This document shows, one piece after another, positions 50,120 through 64,000 of a stretch of DNA of 64,000 nucleotides (position 1 is the first letter of the stretch; each line of letters starts with the position of its first letter). Position numbers and translations under genes: made by a program. The notes under the pieces are model-generated. The model was not told where the DNA came from, made no database searches, and worked only from the letters and a program-made list of their open reading frames with translations. The DNA is from Tubulanus polymorphus (Eukaryota > Animalia > Nemertea): contig NC_134027.1 in the NCBI RefSeq assembly GCF_964204645.1, forward strand, positions 11,440,485-11,504,484, given 5' to 3'.

Positions 50120-53100
50120 ATGTCGCATCAAACTGGAATTCAAGGTATTTCATTTTCTCAATCTAAAATTTTAACACACATCAAAAAAATTCAGTCTTGT
50201 CACTTTTTCAATTCAATTCGAATTATTCAATTATTTATTGTCGTTGAATGAATTTTCCTTTCAGCTTCTGAAGAGCTTTTAAATTTCTTCACCAAAGCAA
50301 AGGATGGTCATATTCGCATGATGAAAATGTCTATTTTTGAAGGTATGTTTTAGGTGAACTAATTTTCATAAGATTTTTCATTACCGTACTCATAACTCTG
50401 CGTACAAATGCCAGCCAGGTTCAGAAATGCAGATGTCGATGTTTGAATTTTTCAGAGCAGCTTATTCTAGCAGATCATACAAAAGCATGTGGAACATGGA
50501 AAGATGATATCCTTTTACCTCCTGCATATTAAATACGTAAATCATTTAATTTAGGCCTAAATCTGAAACGGAGTCCTCAAATCTCGGTGACATTTTTAGG
50601 TGAGATTTCGTTCACAATCAATAAATGTTGTGTTCAAACCCCAGCGAGTTAGTAACCTTATCGTCGATAGTAAAATTTTACATTCAGGTTCACAGGGGTC
50701 TGTCACAAATTGATAGAGGACGGATGATACCAGTTTCCCTGTATATAAAAAGTACTCTTTTTTATATACAGGGAAACTGGGATCATCCATCCTCTATCTA
50801 ATTGTGGCAAACCTTTGCGGCCAGGATGCCTTGTAATTGAAAATATCTGCATACAGATTTTACACATTAAAAAAAGCGATGCTCTTTGACCGGGCCATGT
50901 ACTCCACTAATAGTATTGTATATCTATTTAGTAAAGTTTTTCACGTAAATCGGATACAAACCTGAGAGTACAAGTCGGACGAATGTTTTGTCCCCGAAAG
51001 TCTTAAGATAAAGAAAGATCAGCTGCTTCCCCCAATCAATCAATCATCAGTCAGTGATTCAATTAGTTAGTTACCTAATCGTTGGTGGTAAGCGTTTCAT
51101 AATCGGATGTGGTTTGTAAAAATATCTGATCGTGAAACGAAACCACAGACAGGTTACTGACTATGATTCAATATGGGAGCATGTGCTGGGTCAGCAGTTC
51201 ATGCAGCGATCTTAGCACTGCCCTGCAGTAAAAGCCAACTTACCAATGGTGATTATTAATGTTCCTCTGCAATAGAAATACATGTATAGCTAAAAAAACC
51301 AAAGTAATTGATATAAATTTTCTTATCAATTTAGCAATTTGCTATGAAATTTCTAAGTCTAATCTTTTCATTAAATGTCCCTTAATCTGAATGGGAGTGT
51401 TTCTGAGTTGGATGTATATTTCTGGTCACACCTTTTCCGACTTACTCAAGCTCTACTGTACAAGCAAAGATTTTTGCCGAACTTCAGGGGAAATTTGCAT
51501 CGTAAAATTTGTGTTTTCATCTGGAAAGTCAATCAGGAATTTTTCAGGCTGACGTGTTGAATAGCCTCTCAACGTTTAGGGATGAGAGGATGTTTGGCTC
51601 TTCAATATGTTGCCGCTATTTTAGGGGTAACCGAGAAGACTCATACGTAAGATTTCTTGGCTGTACATTCGCCAATAGATATAATCTTTTTCTTTGACTG
51701 CCGTTACATTACGACAAATGTGTGCCTCGCGTCGTAGAAGAGAAAATGCCTTGCTACATCTTGTATCGACTAGACACGAAGAATAACCAAGGATATGAGT
51801 GGCTTTTCATAGCATATTCTCCAGACTTCTCAGAGGTGAGTTATTTTTCCTTTTTGCTCAACAAGTCACTGACAGTACTGGTTACAAAATACCCTGCCAT
51901 ACTTTGTACTAGTTGATTTGGTTAACCGCTAGAGTCAGTGAATCTTAATAGATATCATTTTGGAAAGGTTTCTATATTCTTGATTCTCAACTTGTTGGTG
52001 AATGTAATATCTACAGTTCCAATGCTACCCAGTGGAGTTAACTGTTCAAAGCATATGAACATTGCACTAGAATCTGGTAAATCACATAGCTAGACCAGTC
52101 CACCAGGATTATTTGGTCATTCGTCTTATAATATCACTTGCTATCAATCACAGGTATTCTAAATCTGTCAACCATATTCCAGGTATGACCAGCATCAGTG
52201 GGTTTTTTCATTTTTAGGTTAGACAGAAAATGTTGTATGCAGGAACTAGAGCCACTATGAAGAGGGAATTTGGAAATGGACATATAGGCGACGAATTATT
52301 CGGCACAGTTGTGGTAAGAATGGGAATGCTTCAGGGTGTTATATTTTCAGTAGCCATGTTAGTGTTAGTGTATTGATGTATTGATGTATTGATGCTATTG
52401 GCTCATTTGAAGACCAGTTTCAGCTTTATATCAAGTTATACCTGATCGATGACTCTGTTCAACAGTTCTCAGTTGATAATTGACTCTATAGATTTAAAAC
52501 ATTGTGATAAACTTACGTCGATTCTCAAGTGTAAATTTACTGATTGTTATGGAATTGAATCCTGGTGTTTTGGTTATCGAAACAATGAATATTACCATTA
52601 TATGGTCATATAGCATCGTTGCTGGTATTGGTATTGCATTTGTATTTGGAAATTCTGTGGTAGTTCCGACTGATAATTGTGCTTTGAAACAAAAGCCTCA
52701 TGAATTACAATTTAGCCTATCTAACTTATTTCCACTTTGTTATGTGCGACTGTTATGACTCGGTCTAACCAAGGGCTTTGTCGTTTGTAGGATGATATTT
52801 CTTTGGAAGGTTACCTGAAACATCTGGAAGCTCGCGCTGCGGATGCGCCATTAACTAACGCAGAACTTGAACTGAATGAAGTAAAAAAGCACCACGTAAG
52901 AATCTTAGTTTTTCCGTCATAACAATTACCACATATTGTTCTTTTTAGCCCACTTGGGACTTTAGTCCCAGCGGGCTATTGCGTTCACTTTTTGTCCGTC
53001 GTCCGTCCGTTCGTCCGTCCGTCCGTAGACGGAATCCAGTTATTTTGGGAAGTTTTGAAGACACTTCAAGGTAATGTCTTGATATTTGGGTTACACATGT

Positions 53101-56100
53101 ATCTACCCTAGACACATCTTCAGCCCAAAAACTGGCCCTGTCAGATTCAAGATGGCCAACTGGCAGCCATTGTTGTTCGCCAAAATCAGCACTTTTTACA
53201 CATTTTTGAACTTTTTGAGGGAAATTTTGAAGACGCTTTGATCATTTACCTTGATCTTTCGGATATATGTGAATTCCCCCAGGGCCCATCAGCATAACAA
53301 AAATTGGGTCGATCGGACTCAAGATGGCCGTCCTATGACCTTTTTAGTGCCCAAAAATGTGAATTTTGGCCCAAATTCTGAGTCCTGTAGCTTCCTACTG
53401 GTTTATCATTTCTCATTGCAATTTGTGATGGGTATTCTTTGGAAAGGGATGTTTTATACCTGAGACAGGTATTTTTCATCAGCCAATTATGACACAATTG
53501 GCGGCCATCTTGGTGTCAGCAGTACTCGTTCGTAAGTGGGAAAAAGTTTTTCCACATTATATTGATACCTAAGCGTATTTTGTTACCACAATCATTTAGA
53601 AAGTTGTAGCTCATAACCTGTTCTATGATTGTGGTGAGTTTCAAGGTCATTGGTTTTTGTATATGGCCACCAGGGGGCGTTGAATAATGCAATATCTTAG
53701 TATTTCTATATTATATTCGTATGAATGCATATTTTGTAACCACAATCGATTGCAAAGTTGTAGCTCATGACATCATCTATGATTGTGGCAAGTTTTAAGG
53801 CCATTAGTTATTCTATATGGTCACCAGGGGGCGTTAAATAGTAGAATAACTTAGTATTTCCTTATTATATTGGTACCTAGGCATAGTTTGTTACCATGAT
53901 CAATTACAAAGTTATAGTTCGTGACATGTTCTATGATTGTGGTGAGTTTCAAGGTCATTGGGTTTTGAATATGGTCACCAGGGGGCGTTGAATAGTAGAA
54001 TAACTTAGTATTTCCATATTAAAGTGGTAACGAGGCATATTTTGTTATCACAATCAATTACAAAATCGTAGCTGCTGACATGTTCTATGATTGTGGAGAG
54101 TTTCAAGGTCATTGGATTCTGTATATGGTCACCAGGGGGCGTTGAATATTGAAATTGTTAGATTGTTGAGCATTTGGAACCACTTCCCAAGTGGGCATGG
54201 TGTCCCTGGACCCCTAGTTTGGTTTATTGAATAGCTCCTATTGTTAATTTGACATACTGCTGTTTGTATTATATCAAAAATTCGTAGAAAATTTTTATTT
54301 CAAGGCTTTAGAAGCAATTCAGGTATGATTTACCTCTTGAAAAAGAAGCCTGAAGTTATCGTTTAAAAATATTGGAACTTATAACATTACACTAACTTTT
54401 TTGTGAATAACTTTGTGTTTGTTATCAATGGACGATAGATGTTATGACTAGCTTTTTTCAGAAATAATAGCTCGATTTAATTTGATGTTCTTTTAGGATT
54501 CAGTAAGCATCAGTTAAGTTTTCATTTCAACATATAGCCAAGACCGCATAAACATGCAATTATTAAGATTAATAATTACATTCCGTGTTTTTCTGAATTT
54601 AAGATTAGCGAGTTGAAGTTTAAAAGTATGGCTATATTCTAAGCTTTTACGCATGCGATATCAGAGGATTGCAACTGTTTCTGCTTTTGATATCATGAGA
54701 AAATTAATTGCCTATTGTTGAATGTTTTATTGCTTGCATGAGTGTGTTGACTATTTTCAGATGAACACGGCTATTAATGTCAATACAAAACATCAGACTA
54801 TGTCCAGTGTATCATTTCCAGTGTCGACCGAAGCGCTCAATCAATTACATTGTCTCAAAAGTGGTGAGATTAACTATGTTCAGTTGGTAAGTTCCCTATG
54901 CAGCAGGTATTGATTCGCATGCAACCTGGACCCATCCTGGCTTCGGGCATTACATATTTCATCAAGGGGTAGATGCAGGTTTTTCAAAGTGGAGGTGCTG
55001 TGCTGGTCATCCGCCAGAACATGTTGCAAAATTTTTCCAATTTTCATGCATTCATGTTTTAACTGTATATTTCTTGGAAATGTAGCACTGAAAAACTGAA
55101 AATAGATAATACGAAGGAAATTTTCCTAAGGGGCTGCTCTAGCACCGATAGCATCCTCCCCCTTGATATACGCGTGTCATCAACGCTCTTTCGTTCGATT
55201 TGTGATCATTCAAGCATCACATATGATCATTACCTCACTTCAGATATTTTCATTCGACGATTACCGGTAACTAAGAAATAAGAAAATGTTTGTTTGATTT
55301 ACTGCGATCATAGAATCATACAAAAATATTTATTTTCTTGAATATGTATTAGTAGACCCCGCCAGGAGCTAAAGAAAGTCCATACAAAAATAGTGTACTG
55401 TGTCTGTTCTAGTATACTTTCCATAGAGATTGCCTAGTTGTGTTCCTATGAAAAAAATACAAATACATGTAGCTGAAAGACATTATAACATTACGATGTC
55501 TGAACGGGTCATTCCAGGCTGCAACTTGATACCTGCGTTAAAAATATATACACAGTATCGATGATCTTTAAAAAAAAAAATCATCAAAATATGCAACTTT
55601 TCTATAGAGTATTGACATAGAAAAAGAAGAAATCAATCTCGCAGCAGCTGAGGTGATCGATATCTTACAACTCCCGTCGTTCGTGCCGAAAGAGGAAGGT
55701 CGATATCATATTTTCAACTTCCAACACTCGCACGAAGGCGATTACCTGGAGAGTTTAGGTAAGCTGCACTTGTTAATTAATGGATACATTACCGTAGACT
55801 CCTATTGACTTGGCCTTACACGAATCATAGAATCGTCGCAATAGAATGTTAGGGGGCCAGTTTCTTACAGGCCTCGGCTTTTTACTGTTCCCTCCTCTCT
55901 ATTTCTGTTATATATAATGTGAAATAAATCAACTTATTTATTTATTTACTTCATTATTTATTCGCTTATATTGAAATATGTATTCATGTATATTAGTGTA
56001 TGGTTCTGGTATGGTTCTGCCCAAGACACATCTTCAGCCCAAAAACTGGCCCTGTCAGATTCAAGATGGCCAACTCCTGTGATCTTTTTTGTGCACAAAA

Positions 56101-57737
56101 ATGTCTATTTTGGCCTGAATTCTGAGTCCTGTAGCTTCCTACTGGTTTGCCATTTTTCATTGAAATTTGTGGTGGCTATTCTATTGAAAAGGATCTTCAA
56201 TACCTGAGATTGAAAAGGATCTTCAATACCTTAGACAGGTATTTCTGATCAGCCAATTATCACGCAATTGGCGGCCACCTTGGTATCATCAGTTCTCATT
56301 CGTAGGTGGGAAAATTTTTTCCCACATCATTTCGATACCTTAGCATATTTTGTTACCACAATTTCATAATGTGTTCTATGATTGTGGTGAGTTTTGAGGT
56401 CACTGGTATTTGTATATGGCCACTAGGGGGTGTTGAATAATACAATGAATTAGTATTTCGATATTATATTCGTACCTATGCATATTTTGTTACTACAATC
56501 AATTGCAAAGTTGAAACTCATGACATTTTCAATGATTGTGGTGAGTTTCAAGGTCTTTGGGTTTTGCATATGGTCACCAGGGGGCTTTGAATAGTAGAAT
56601 AACTTAGTATTTCCATATTATATTGGTACCGAGACATATATTGTTATCACAATCAATTGCAAAATTGAAGCTGCTGTTATGTTCTATGATTGTGGTGAGT
56701 TTCGAAGTGATTGGTTTTTGTATATAGTCACCAGGGGTGTTGAATATTGAAATTGTTAGATTGTTGAGCATTTGAAACCACTTTCCAAGTGGGCATGGTG
56801 TCCCTTGACCCCTAGTTTCGTTATTATTGTGGGATTGTCTACATATTATTGTCACAAAACAGATATAGTGTTTTATCAATGCTTATCAATTCTTATTCTA
56901 TTTACAGTGTTTATATACTCAATGCCCGGATACAGTTGTCCTATTAAACAGCGCATGTTGTATTCAAGTTGTTTGAACAATCTTATGCAATATTTAAAGG
57001 ATGAAGTAGGCTTAGAAATTGCTAAAAAAGTAAGTAAATATTCCTGATCCTGAGCGATAACCTTCCAGTATTTGGCCTTCTTTAGAAAAGAGGGACACCA
57101 AATGATTTGTGATCATGAAGAACTTACCCAGAATCGTTTTTAAGATGGGGGAATCCAATTAAAGCATTCTGAGAGCACTGAGATATGGTGGCTGATTCGG
57201 GAGATACTGAAAAAAATGTTTCTCTACGGCTAGAGGCACCATACTAAGATATCTCTAGACCGTATTTCAAATAACAGAAACTGCATTTAGATCCAAACTT
57301 GCTGTTTCTGTACCTGAAAACCAAACATTTTTTTTACGCGCGAGGAAACCAAACTTTTGAATTCTCGTGTAACAAAGCAAACAAAAAATGGGCCAATGTA
57401 GAAAAAAATTTTATCCTACCTCTAGCCACACAGAAAAATATTTCGTTTTGATCCGAAAACTAAGACATCTCTTCACTGTATTTCAAAACGAAGAAACTAC
57501 TGGTACATTTAGATGCAACCTTGTGGTTTCTGTGTCTGAAACAGTATCTGATTCGAATAGGAGCATATTTCTTACACATTATGTTGTTTTTTGTAGTTGG
57601 AAATTGACGACGGAAAAGAACTAGTAAAAGATTTCTTATACAGCGAGATCCATCCGGTGAAAAACGTGCACAAACAAGCATTCTCGAAACCGAAAGGACC
57701 CGGCGGTCGCGGTCCAAAACGGATGACGAAAAAATAG
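50120..57737 (+). CDS. TWF1: twinfilin (two ADF-H domains)
   Basis: Exons 50120-50144, 50265-50342, 50456-50506, 51708-51835, 52218-52313, 52791-52895, 54761-54886, 55608-55758, 56908-57029, 57597-57737 (340 aa). [64 protein letters not shown]. The symbol marks the family; TWF1 versus TWF2 orthology is not resolved. Confidence 0.95.
50507..51707 (+). other. U12-type (minor spliceosome) AT-AC intron of twinfilin
   Basis: 5' site ATATCCTTTT; branch-like TTTCTTTGAC at 51689-51698; 3' end AC; joining restores the frame (W-K-D-D-Y-D). Confidence 0.9.
52942..54220 (+). mobile_element. Helentron-associated non-autonomous element (HINE/DINE-like) with 154-bp tandem array
   Basis: T-run at both ends; subterminal IR GCCCACTTGGG/CCCAAGTGGGC; (GTCC)n microsatellite; CAGGGGGCG at 53671, 53825, 53979 and 54133; 3' hairpin GTCC-CT-GGAC then CTAGTTT. 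Confidence 0.82.
56020..56818 (+). mobile_element. 5'-truncated, diverged copy of the Helentron-type element
   Basis: Matches 53107-54220 with deletions; same CCCTAGTTT end. Confidence 0.78.
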
Positions 57738-59988
57738 AATAGAATTTCAGTTTTAAATCCGTAAAGACTATGAAACACGCGATGTAAAAGTGACGAGTAT
57801 CGAAAACACCGTTTGTGATAATACCTTATCAAGAGAAATGTGTGGCGACCTATAATGTCAACACTTTTCAGGATCAATGACAAAATGAAATGTTTACACT
57901 ACGAAAACATTTTTTATTGAAGTAAAACAAAAATGGTTGTCCTGACAGCTATGTAAATACTGGTGTATTGTAATGTGTGTACAGTCATACATGAACATAA
58001 TATAATGAATTAAAGTAATGATTATAAGAAATCATGTAGAAAATGATACAATGTAGTTTCATTCCTTTTGCTGCTACCTTTCCACACTGCGGTGTTTCGA
58101 TATTTCATCGGCTAGGGTGAACTCGGATAGTCGGGATGGTAAATATTTATAGACCAGATACTAAATTACGAATCGGGAAGAAAGTACTTAATGTTGATTT
58201 TTGTAAAATGAACTGATTTGAGCAGTTAACAGAGTTGACCGGTACCAGTAAATTAGAGTCCACTGTATGTTAGTAAGGGTGAATTTTTTGCACATTATAT
58301 AATGACTTTTTCCATTGCAGAATGTGAATTTCCCATTAGTACATTTTTTTTACATTTTTGGGAATTCTTTGAGGGACCATTCATATATGATATCCACCGA
58401 ATAACATTTTTCAACCACCCCATGTCCACTGAAAATCCATTTGATTACAGCCTCCCCTCCTGTTTGTCTTATGGACTGTCTCATCCTTAAAGGTCCTGAT
58501 TCTCAAGCAAAAGAATTCAACCAACAAATGAAATATTTTTTACCATGTATCGAACGTAGGGCACAAACTATTGCTGATAATTCGTGGTCTATTTAAATTG
58601 AACATGAACCATTATTGATGTAGAATGTATTTGCATAGGACATCCATTCCAATGAAATCCCCTTCTCTATGAAAAAGACATCTATTTTTTCAGACCCCCC
58701 TCTCATGCCCATCAAAAATTGATTTGGTTAGACCCCTCCCTGTCAAAGTGGACACTTTGCCTAATTGACCCATTTTACATTGAAATTCTATGATGTCTAA
58801 AATTCAAAATCTAAATACCATTATTCGGCAGTGCGCGTTTGTGGCAGCGAAGCAGTACATTTTTCTAATCTTGATAATAATATTTTTTGCCAATTAATAA
58901 TAACCTAAAGACTAAGAACAAGAAGAAACTGATGTTGAATGTGTTAGGCTAAAAGATGATACCATTTTTCTCCTGATCAGCCGGGTCACTTGCAAATTGC
59001 AATAAAATTTGTAATCAGTTCGTTTCTATTACTGCCGGGTCTGTGTTTGCTAGATCATGATTTTAAAAATAAGTACTGTAGAGGGTATATAAAGTGCCGG
59101 CTGGGTAAACTTTTAAGCTCAACAGAAATGAAAAACAAGGTATCGTTTTTTAGCCTGATACATCCTATACAATCAATTTAAGGACTTTGATCCATCGTAA
59201 GTAGGTGATCTGCCAGTGTACTATTCCTAAGATCACCGACATGTGGATTTGTTTTAGCAGAAATGGAGTTTTTATAATTTTTCTGTCACTCAGGAATATT
59301 GACCAGTATCTGGTGCTCATTGATTGACATTGAGATATGTAAATATTAAACGTATTAGAGTCGGGTTGGTGCTTGTATATGTGAGATAGCTTCAGATATT
59401 TAATGACCCTCTATTCACGATGACTTGAAAAGTGATGAATCAATATTGTAACTATGAATCTTACGATATCTATGCTGATAATCTGCGACTCGAGTAAGTC
59501 AACATGTGCTGACCTTGAGGTCTGTACCTGTCAACCCCAGAGCACAGTCTCCCTTGAAATGCGCAACCGGTCTCTGGCTTTTGCCTAGGCAGTGCAACAT
59601 AATGATGATTCCCATATGTACTTAGGGCGTGGAATGTCATAATCCCTACAACGATGCTTGCACATGGATGAAAATCTGAACTTTGCGTACAAAATAGAGA
59701 AAATGTACAAGTTGACAGGTATGAGTAATCATAATTCAGATGATTACTTCAAGGTCTGAGACAGATTTAGGAATTCCTGTACAAGAACATCGTCATCTTT
59801 GGGGAATATGATACCTGCTATGTTATTAATGCAATACTAATTGTGAGCCATGTACAGGTCTTGTAATAATAAATGATCCTTAACTGAAAAAATATATATT
59901 TCTTGAATATCATAATAATTGTCTTTTCTTGAAATATTCCTTAAGCATTCGCGGTATCCCTTTTTCTGATCATTAAACTCACAGATCT

Positions 59989-61080
59989 ATGGATGCCATT
60001 TTAAGGTTGACCTACATTGGTAGGTTCAATCTCAGTTATTATGGAGTCGGGGGTATCCCTTTTATATGGTTCACAGATTATCTACGTGATAGATCTCAAA
60101 AGATATGTTTCAATGGCGTTTATTCCAACTCCTGTTCTTTCACATGTGGGGTACCTCAAGGTCCTATTCTGGGTCCGATTCTTTTTCTCATCTATATAAT
60201 GACCTATACCGGATGCTTCCAAAATGTTTGGTTTCATTATGTTTGCATGTAACACAATTGTTTTTGCCAGTCATAAAATCTTCAATCATTTAATCATGAG
60301 CATTTACCGAGGACAGACCAAACTCGATATTTGGTCTAGAGCAAACAGACTTTCTCTGAATTTATCTAAAACCAATGTTTTAAATAAAACAGCTGATTTC
60401 TAAAAAAAATTTCAAAATATAAGAAATATTTCGGGTGGTCACTATTGTAGTCATTTATGGTGGGATTTTAATATAATCTTTTTAACACGGATATTTGTGA
60501 ACTTCAACTGATTCAGCCAATTTTAATCCCTATCGAGCAATATCTCAAAAGTATCTGACATTATTCCTCGAAATTCAAATTGATGATCAATTTAATCATG
60601 GAAGCCTCACATTCATCAGCATATTTCTAAGGTATCTCGCTGTGTTGGTATCATGGATAGACTCAGTACAGTAGTCATTTACCCAAAAATGTATTTTTAC
60701 AAACATATGATTCTTTTGTAAATTGTCACTTCAGCTACTGTAGCATTATATGGGGCAATACCCTTCATCAGAAATTGGATCTGTTGTAGAAAAAAGTTGT
60801 TCGTATCATTATTAACTAAATCCAACTTTTTGGCCCATATCTCATATCTTTTCAAGTCCAGTAAAATTCTGAAATTGGCTGAGATTAATAAGTTCCAAAT
60901 AGCCCAGTTTATGTATTTACATGTAAATGGTAAATTACCCGATGTTTTTGGAAAATTCATTTTCAGATAATAGAAATCCATGCAATAATCGCTATAAATC
61001 AAATAACGATTTACTTTAATGCCAATGTCAAGTATTTTTCTCCCACGGTATTCCAGTTCCAACAGCTAAGGTGACCATTT
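59989..61080 (+). mobile_element. decayed non-LTR retrotransposon (CR1/L2-like reverse transcriptase fragment)
   Basis: WFTDYLRDRSQ..CGVPQGPILGPILFLIYI; further frameshifted pieces SYCSIIWG and KKVVRII..FKSSKILKL..KFQIAQFMY. Boundaries approximate. Confidence 0.8.
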
Positions 61081-62293
61081 ACTTTAAGCATGCATAACAT
61101 AACATTTTTGTAGCGTGCTTCTTCTTCTTACCCATTTTTTCGTATCCACTATTTGTAATAATTTTTAGGGGATCAGCATATGCCAAAAGCCTTGCTTCTT
61201 AATTTTGTGCCACTGATATATCATAATATCTTATAATGATCATACTTTTCATATTCTGTTTTATAAAATTGACGTACTTGATTATACTCTGTTATGATTT
61301 ATGCAAGAAATAAAGTAAAAATGATAGAAATAATGATAAATTGTTCAAACCCGCACCAGTAAAGGAAAAAAAAGTATCAAAAAGTCAAATATATTTAGGC
61401 TTTTATAGTCTATGTTTTGTTTTTGTCCTACAAATATTCCTTGAACTCACATTATCTCGATAAAATATACATTTTCTGACAAAATGCTGTTTGTTGCATT
61501 TGTCGGACCGCTACTAAGCTTCCTGCTTAATATGCACGGGTCGGGTAGATCCAGAGTGGGTAGGGAGTCTCAACCCCCCATGCTCCGTGGTCGAAAATTT
61601 TCCGATAGTGATATCAATCATATTACAATATTAATGATAAAACCAACCACAATCGATATCTTCATTGCTGTTTCCGCGTCTTCCAGAAATTACAGGAGAC
61701 GTAATGCAAAAATGTTATAAATGAAATTCTGTTCTCAGGAGAATGCATTTTTAATTTAAATATAAAACAAATTATCGGGAAAAAAAACTGCCCTTGACCC
61801 CTTCTGCTGAATCCGTTCTTGATATGAACTCATGATTTCGAATACAGAATCCCAAAATCATTTTCTTGTATATTGATGAACGGTTTGGTTGCAAATATTG
61901 TCCGGATTAGACCAAAATCCAGATTAAGCCGATACGGATTAAGCGGGTTTGTACCTGATTGAATTTCGAGAAGAAAAAAAATATTTACGAAATAAAAAAA
62001 GAACTGATTCTTGATATCGGCAGCGTTCTATGAAAAATCGATGATATAAAAAAATCGATGAAAATCATCTCTACATTGTTATTAACAAATGCTGCGTGTT
62101 GCAGTTGTTGAATTATCATAACTAAGCGTCCTGTAAAGCTTAGTTTCGAATTATAGGCCAAAATTAAATTTCGAAAATATTAAAAATTTAAGAAATCAAA
62201 AACTGATTTCGACTGCGTCCGGAGGCATATCGATGAAAACCGACCCCACATCGTTATTTTCCACTTTCAACATTGGTAAGTCTATGATTTGAA

Positions 62294-63298
62294 TTATACC
62301 GTGGATGCAATTGTATGTTCCGGAGTGGGTGGTTGACTCTTCGGAGGAGTAGGTTGCGTTGTATATCTTCGAAATATAGTATAGGCAACACAATTGAAAG
62401 GACCTCCGAGATTCGTGAAAAACACTGTCGCCATGATCAGTTCTGGAGTCGGTATCGAAACCAAGGCCCATATCGAGTTAACGACGAAAGCGGTGTATTG
62501 TAGAACGTAAGCCGACACGAAAACTGTCATCGAATGAGCGGAATGGTAAATTTTATGTTTTCTATGCATCATATCGGCGGTGTTGTGCATACCTAAACGG
62601 TTTGTGGCGTGTTTTATGCGAATCCACGTGGTAAGATATAAGATACAGTTTCCGAAAAATACCAGGATCATGATGCTAGAATGCACCGAATTTAGAACTT
62701 TCCACTTGGGGCTCATATCAATGAAACACCTGGAAAATAGAAAGCATCGGTGTTTAGTCCTTACCTTTCAATGAAATTTCAAAATTGTAGTTAATTCAAC
62801 ATACCATGATCCGCTTGGTCCATAATAAGGCACCGAAACACCTATTATTCCAAAGATGAAAGGTAAACCCATTGGCACCAACCACAAACGCCAATCGTAC
62901 ACGCCGAAACTCAACTTTTTATCCATGACTACCATAAGAAAAGTATTCAATGCAATAGCCATCGTCATCAGAGGAGTTCCGACGACAAATTGATTCAATA
63001 AGAATGCGAATACCAAGCATAGTGTCTTTGTAGGATAGGCCTGGTGTGCGAAAATGTATATATGATCCGATAAGTGGCTTACGTTGAAGAGCAAGTCACA
63101 AAATTGAAGATATATAACAAACCGTTCGACTCGTTTTTTTTTACGTAAATTACAAGCAGGCTGTTCGGTGAAAAGAACGGCAATCACCACAGTGCTAACT
63201 ATAATGCTGATACTGAGACATGATACAGCGATCGTGTGAATTGTGACAAATCCCGGTCCGGGGTGACCAATAAGCACATACTTTGAATTATTCATCAT
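62294..63298 (-). CDS. seven-transmembrane receptor, cAMP-receptor-like/GPR157-like orphan GPCR
   Basis: Exons 63298-62805 and 62729-62294 joined by a 75-nt GT-AG intron (309 aa); seven hydrophobic segments, Cys at the start of TM3, YGPSGSWCFI loop, NLGGPFNCVAY in TM7. Confidence 0.8.
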
Positions 63299-64000
63299 TA
63301 TTTCGACTTATTCGACAAGACATTTTCAGGTTATATACGGAGGATGTCCCGATGACGCAGATTCATTTCAGAAAAATGGTAAAACGGCCGAAAACCGAGC
63401 CGACTGGTGAAGATATGGGTTCCATCCGAGCATTAAACGATTGAATGATCTATTATCAAATTTACATCTATGTATGCGGATGTATTTCAGAAAAATAAAC
63501 AGGAATTACAATAAAACCCATGTAAGAACCTGGATTATTCATGCACTTCCCATAAAAAAAACAATAGTTACATTTAATTGCCTCTATACATGTTATCGTC
63601 AGATAAATCAATTGGTAAACTATTTTTCAATCACGTGAAATGAATGAACTTAGGCCGTTCTGAAATATAGGATTTTAAAGGTCAAAATTCTCTGTGAATC
63701 CAATTCCGAGATCGAGATGCTCATTATTCATGCTAAAAAAAGCCTGGAAGAAGTGCGGAACTGGCATTCAGTAGTTTATGATCGAATTTCATGCCTACTC
63801 GAAGAAATTTGAGCTGCTAGATTTCAAGCAAAACTTCATTCTCAGATATTTGAGCAAAATGTCCTAGCAATTTGATTCATTTTTTAAAGAAATATTGATA
63901 ATCAAAAAATCTTGAAAAAGTGAAGTCATTAAAAAGCAATTTGATTTGATTTTTATATGAATAATTGTTATCGATTATTGAGAAATCTTGAAAAAAAGAA

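Overview
Eukaryotic, AT-rich genomic DNA from an invertebrate animal; the species cannot be fixed from the sequence. I could build five spliced protein-coding genes by hand: DDX1 (- strand, 17 exons, only the N-terminal ~478 codons present), TMEM115 (+, 3 exons), DDX20/Gemin3 (-, 10 exons, ~1221 aa), twinfilin (+, 10 exons, 340 aa) and a 2-exon 7TM receptor (-). An intron-containing tRNA-Leu(CAA) lies between DDX1 and TMEM115. The first ~22 kb has no recognisable gene and alternates CpG-rich unique blocks with small repeats. Repeats include piggyBac-like TTAA MITEs, other MITEs, tRNA-derived SINEs, a decayed LINE and Helentron-type elements carrying 154-bp tandem arrays. Most notable: three YXXXXL-hydrophobic (eIF4E-binding-type) motifs in a duplicated Cys-rich module of the DDX20 tail, an AT-AC U12-type intron in twinfilin, hammerhead-ribozyme motifs inside long inverted repeats, and the missing C-terminal half of DDX1. 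All coordinates and family assignments come from reading the sequence by eye; no searches were run.
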